64,000 nucleotides of DNA from Candidatus Uhrbacteria bacterium (lineage in GTDB: Bacteria > Patescibacteriota > Patescibacteriia > UBA9934), in the NCBI GenBank assembly GCA_018664485.1, contig JABJOE010000006.1, positions 71,294 through 135,293 on the forward strand. Direction: 5' to 3'. The position numbers and the translations under genes were made by a program. The notes under the pieces were generated by a model. It was given only the letters and a program-made list of their open reading frames with translations. It made no database searches and was not told where the DNA came from. Of the stretch, positions 61,101 to 64,000 are shown piece after piece (position 1 is the stretch's first letter; each line of letters starts with the position of its first letter).

Positions 61101-62879
61101 ATGTCTGGTGATCTACCGTCAATTGAAGATTTATTGAAAAAGTCTGCATCGCAAGGTGGAGACGGCGACGCTGTTGCGGCACCTGATGAGGACATAGTGG
61201 TTCCCGTTAAAAAGTCTCACGAGGACATGACTACCGAGGAGCTTCTCGACGAGAAGATGGGAAAGATGGACCTCAAGTCAAAAGAGCAAGAGGCATTAGC
61301 TATGTCTGCCACAGCTGGTGTTCCCTACGTCGACTTAAAAGGGTTCGCGATTAGTGCAGACGCCATTTCTCTTATCCCTCAGAAACGTGCAGAAGAGCTC
61401 AAGGCTGTTGTTTTTCTACATACCGGTCCTGAGTTACGTCTTGGTGCAGTTGATCCGGCTAATGAGGAGGTAAAGCAAGTACTTCACGAGCTTACTGAAC
61501 GCTACAAGACAAACGGTGAGTTGTACCAGATCTCACAAGAATCTTTGGACAAGGCGATAAAGCTATACGCTGCCCTTCCGCAGATTCGCGTCATCGTTAA
61601 AGGTGTCCAGATCAAAAAAGAGGAACTCGAGGCATATCAAGAAAAGATGAATAGCTTTGCCGATATACAAGCGATCTTGGACGGTGCGAGTATTACAGAT
61701 ATTCTTTCAATCGTTACAGCGGCATCCCTTAAACTTGGTTCGTCAGACATCCACATTGAAGCTGAAGAGAAAGAAATCGCAGTACGCTTGCGAGTGGACG
61801 GAATTCTACAAGACGTTGCAAGTATCGATAAAGCTCAGTGGAAGAAAATCATCAACCGAATCAAGCTCATCGCAGGGCTTAAAATGAATATCAACGATCG
61901 TCCTCAAGATGGTCGCTTCACAATTTTTCAAAAAGGTAAAAAGATCGACGTTCGTACATCTACCCTTCCAACTGCATGGGGAGAATCGGTAGTTATGCGT
62001 ATTTTGAATCCCGATTCTATCAAGCTTAAGTTTGAAGACCTCGGTTTCCGGCCAGCTTCACTCAAACGCTTACTGTCAGAGATTAGTAAGCCCCATGGAA
62101 TGATCGTTACAACCGGTCCAACTGGATCTGGTAAAACGACAACGCTGTATGCGATCCTTACAAAGCTCAACGAGCCTGACGTAAAAATCATCACGCTCGA
62201 GGATCCGATTGAGTACAAACTCGCAGGTGTAAACCAGAGTCAGATCAACCACTCAAACGACTACACGTTCGCAAAAGGACTACGATCTATCTTGCGTCAG
62301 GACCCGGACATCGTTCTAGTGGGTGAGATCCGTGACCTTGAAACAGCAGAGACCGCAATTCAGGCAGCGCTTACCGGTCACCTTCTACTCTCCACAATCC
62401 ATACCAACGATGCGGCCGGAGCAATCCCTCGATTTACTTCAATGGGTGTGAAACCGTTTTTACTAGCGCCTGCAATTAACGCGATCATGGGTCAGCGTCT
62501 TGCGCGTCGACTATGTCAGGAATGCAAAAAGCCGACAGAGATCGAAGCGGAACTTCTCGTGAAGGTTAAAGAACTACTCGACACAATCCCTGAAAGTTCC
62601 GGGGAGCAAAAAGTAGATACAACCAAGCTTCAGTTCTTCGGCCCTGGAGGGTGTGATAAATGTAATGATACTGGCTATAAAGGTCGAGTCGGGCTCTATG
62701 AGATCCTCACAAAAGACGCAGAGATTGAGAAGTTTATCCTAAGTGGTGAGATTTCAGAGTACAAAGTTCGAGAAGTGGCGGCAGCGCAGGGTATGGTCTT
62801 CATGGCTCAAGACGGCCTATTGAAGGCACTGGAAGGTCAAACATCTGTGGCGGAAATAAAACGAGTAACTGGGATGTAA
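61101..62879 (+). CDS. Type IV pilus assembly / T2SS ATPase (PilB/GspE family)
   Basis: SDIHIE, PQDGRF, GPTGSGKTT, TLEDPIEY, LRQDPD..GEIRD, TGHLLLSTIHTN, CxxC..CxxC zinc motif, GYKGR. Confidence 0.96.
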   Translation: MSGDLPSIEDLLKKSASQGGDGDAVAAPDEDIVVPVKKSHEDMTTEELLDEKMGKMDLKSKEQEALAMSATAGVPYVDLKGFAISADAISLIPQKRAEELKAVVFLHTGPELRLGAVDPANEEVKQVLHELTERYKTNGELYQISQESLDKAIKLYAALPQIRVIVKGVQIKKEELEAYQEKMNSFADIQAILDGASITDILSIVTAASLKLGSSDIHIEAEEKEIAVRLRVDGILQDVASIDKAQWKKIINRIKLIAGLKMNINDRPQDGRFTIFQKGKKIDVRTSTLPTAWGESVVMRILNPDSIKLKFEDLGFRPASLKRLLSEISKPHGMIVTTGPTGSGKTTTLYAILTKLNEPDVKIITLEDPIEYKLAGVNQSQINHSNDYTFAKGLRSILRQDPDIVLVGEIRDLETAETAIQAALTGHLLLSTIHTNDAAGAIPRFTSMGVKPFLLAPAINAIMGQRLARRLCQECKKPTEIEAELLVKVKELLDTIPESSGEQKVDTTKLQFFGPGGCDKCNDTGYKGRVGLYEILTKDAEIEKFILSGEISEYKVREVAAAQGMVFMAQDGLLKALEGQTSVAEIKRVTGM

Positions 62880-62926
62880 TTGGCTAAAATAAGCGAAATT
62901 ACCGAATAAATTATGTAAATCGATAC

Positions 62927-62955
62927 TTGACAAAAGTGTCGATTTATGTTATTCT
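62927..62955 (+). promoter_or_regulatory. Strong sigma70 promoter with extended -10
   Basis: TTGACA-17 nt-TATTCT with TG at 62947-62948. Confidence 0.8.
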
Positions 62956-62961
62956 TTAAGG

Positions 62962-63111
62962 GTCAAAAGTTCACAACTTAATCTGGAGAGAGCCTGAGAT
63001 GCGCAGGTAAAAACGCATCAAAGCCCATGTAGGAGTAATTCCCTACATAGGTATTGAATACGGATGATTCTTCGTCTCTCGCTTTGAGATTAAGATTCAT
63101 CCGTATTTTTT
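62962..63111 (+). ncRNA. Putative structured leader or sRNA with H-type pseudoknot and terminator
   Basis: GCCTG/CAGGT stem crossed by GATGCG/CGCATC; ATGTAGG/CCTACAT hairpin; AATACGGATGA/TCATCCGTATT hairpin followed by a T run. Confidence 0.55.
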
Positions 63112-63215
63112 GTAAGGATATGGGACCCGCCATGCAATGCGTTACACAACGTATGCAGCGCGGGCTTCAAATCAAAGACAAGAATCAAAACCTCACCCAA
63201 AGCCCTGGAGACAAT

Positions 63216-63527
63216 ATGGGACTCGAAAACCTTCTCGCCTTCGTCGTACTCCTTACTGGAGGACTGTTCCTCCTGGTGCTGATCGCGTTTGCGATGCTGA
63301 CCATTCTCGGACTTGGCCTCCTTTGCCTGGTAGTGCTCATGGCCGGTGTGATCTTCTCAATCGCAATGCCTTTGGCAGCCTTCATTGCTACCGTATGCAC
63401 CATCGTGATGGGATTCTATTTCCTCCGGTACATCTGGTCTAGCAGTGAGATCAAGGTAGCGAATGCGCGAGCTAATGTGCCAGTCGCAGCGACGCCCGCT
63501 ACCCCAGCGGTTGCCGCGGCCGCCTAG
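63216..63527 (+). CDS. Small hydrophobic membrane protein (103 aa)
   Basis: GGAGA SD before ATG 63216; about 70 nearly uninterrupted hydrophobic residues and an Ala/Pro tail. Confidence 0.7.
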   Translation: MGLENLLAFVVLLTGGLFLLVLIAFAMLTILGLGLLCLVVLMAGVIFSIAMPLAAFIATVCTIVMGFYFLRYIWSSSEIKVANARANVPVAATPATPAVAAAA

Positions 63528-63546
63528 CTTCTACACAACTTCTTAC

Positions 63547-63612
63547 TCCCCGTGATTGAAAATCACTGGGGACCCACCAATGAACATGACTCGATCGTGT
63601 CCATCGGCGGGA
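63547..63612 (+). repeat. Two-hairpin intergenic repeat, copy 1
   Basis: CCCCGTGATT..AATCACTGGGG then CCCACCAATGAACATGA..TCGTGTCCATCGGCGGG. Confidence 0.8.
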
Positions 63613-63651
63613 TTAACAACCTCCCGAACGGCAGTAATGCCAAGGACACCC

Positions 63652-63924
63652 ATGCCCATGCTCCTCGCCGCCCTCGCCATCATTGCTGGCGTCGCCGCTT
63701 TCCGAACCTGGAGTGAGTTCCTCACTCGCAACTACGTGTGGAGGAATTTTACCTCCGTCACGATCTGCATCGCCGCGTTTGCGGCATTCCTCTCCCTCAT
63801 CCATTTCGATGGAAAGGCAGCGATCCACATGCTCACCGCCGTCCCGGGAACCGTCCTGCTCGGTGTCTGCATGGCCGAGATCTCGTCTAAGTGGTTGACC
63901 CCGAGCAACCCTGCGACAACCTGA
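63652..63924 (+). CDS. Small 3-TM membrane protein (90 aa)
   Basis: AAGGA SD before ATG 63652; three hydrophobic segments; bounded by the two repeat copies. Confidence 0.65.
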   Translation: MPMLLAALAIIAGVAAFRTWSEFLTRNYVWRNFTSVTICIAAFAAFLSLIHFDGKAAIHMLTAVPGTVLLGVCMAEISSKWLTPSNPATT

Positions 63925-63931
63925 AACGTCG

Positions 63932-63994
63932 TCCCCGCGATCGAATTCGCGGGGTCCACCAATGAACATGATTAGATCGTGTGCATCGGTGGGA
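63932..63994 (+). repeat. Two-hairpin intergenic repeat, copy 2
   Basis: CCCCGCGA..TCGCGGGG then CCACCAATGAACATGAT..ATCGTGTGCATCGGTGG. Confidence 0.8.
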
Positions 63995-64000
63995 ATCCTT

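Noticed and set aside
62982..63012. TCTGGAGAG...CAGGTAAAA resembles glycine riboswitch motifs
   Set aside because: The CCGAAG core and the P2/P3 arms are missing and the spacing is far too short; a simple pseudoknot explains the sequence better.
63547..63994. Canonical integron attC sites
   Set aside because: No RYYYAAC/GTTRRRY cores bound the repeat and no integrase is in the window; kept only as an analogy.

Overview
Chromosomal core region of a Candidate Phyla Radiation (Patescibacteria) bacterium, probably Parcubacteria/ABY1 and Uhrbacteria-like. The lineage call is an inference from gene style, SD-less housekeeping starts and the C-terminal module of a giant surface protein. Standard genetic code 11. 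Core genes: rpsL-rpsG-fusA, tuf-rpsJ, rplC-rplD-rplW-rplB-rpsS-rplV-rpsC, murA, ndk, split comEC, leuS, gdh, trxAB, infB, truB, rny, hup, proS, znuACB, tRNA-Arg(UCG), rnc, nusB, rpmF, gyrA, rpsA, ftsH, a PilB/GspE ATPase and a 2648-aa repeat surface protein. Most notable: (1) at the right edge, a promoter and a structured leader with a perfect H-type pseudoknot and terminator precede small membrane ORFs separated by a conserved, covarying two-hairpin repeat, and the array runs off the window; (2) seven copies of a dispersed 75-125-bp palindromic element, three of them 13-15 nt before the ATG of leuS, murA and proS in the same orientation; (3) about ten orphan ORFs that look like self-contained promoter/SD cassettes, including a divergent GGDEF protein and a lone receiver domain; (4) LeuRS with an inserted alpha/beta-hydrolase domain; (5) nusB with an in-frame TAA; (6) MurA with the Cys-to-Asp fosfomycin-resistance change; (7) a putative 6S-like RNA before rny. 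All calls come from reading the sequence by eye; no database searches were run.
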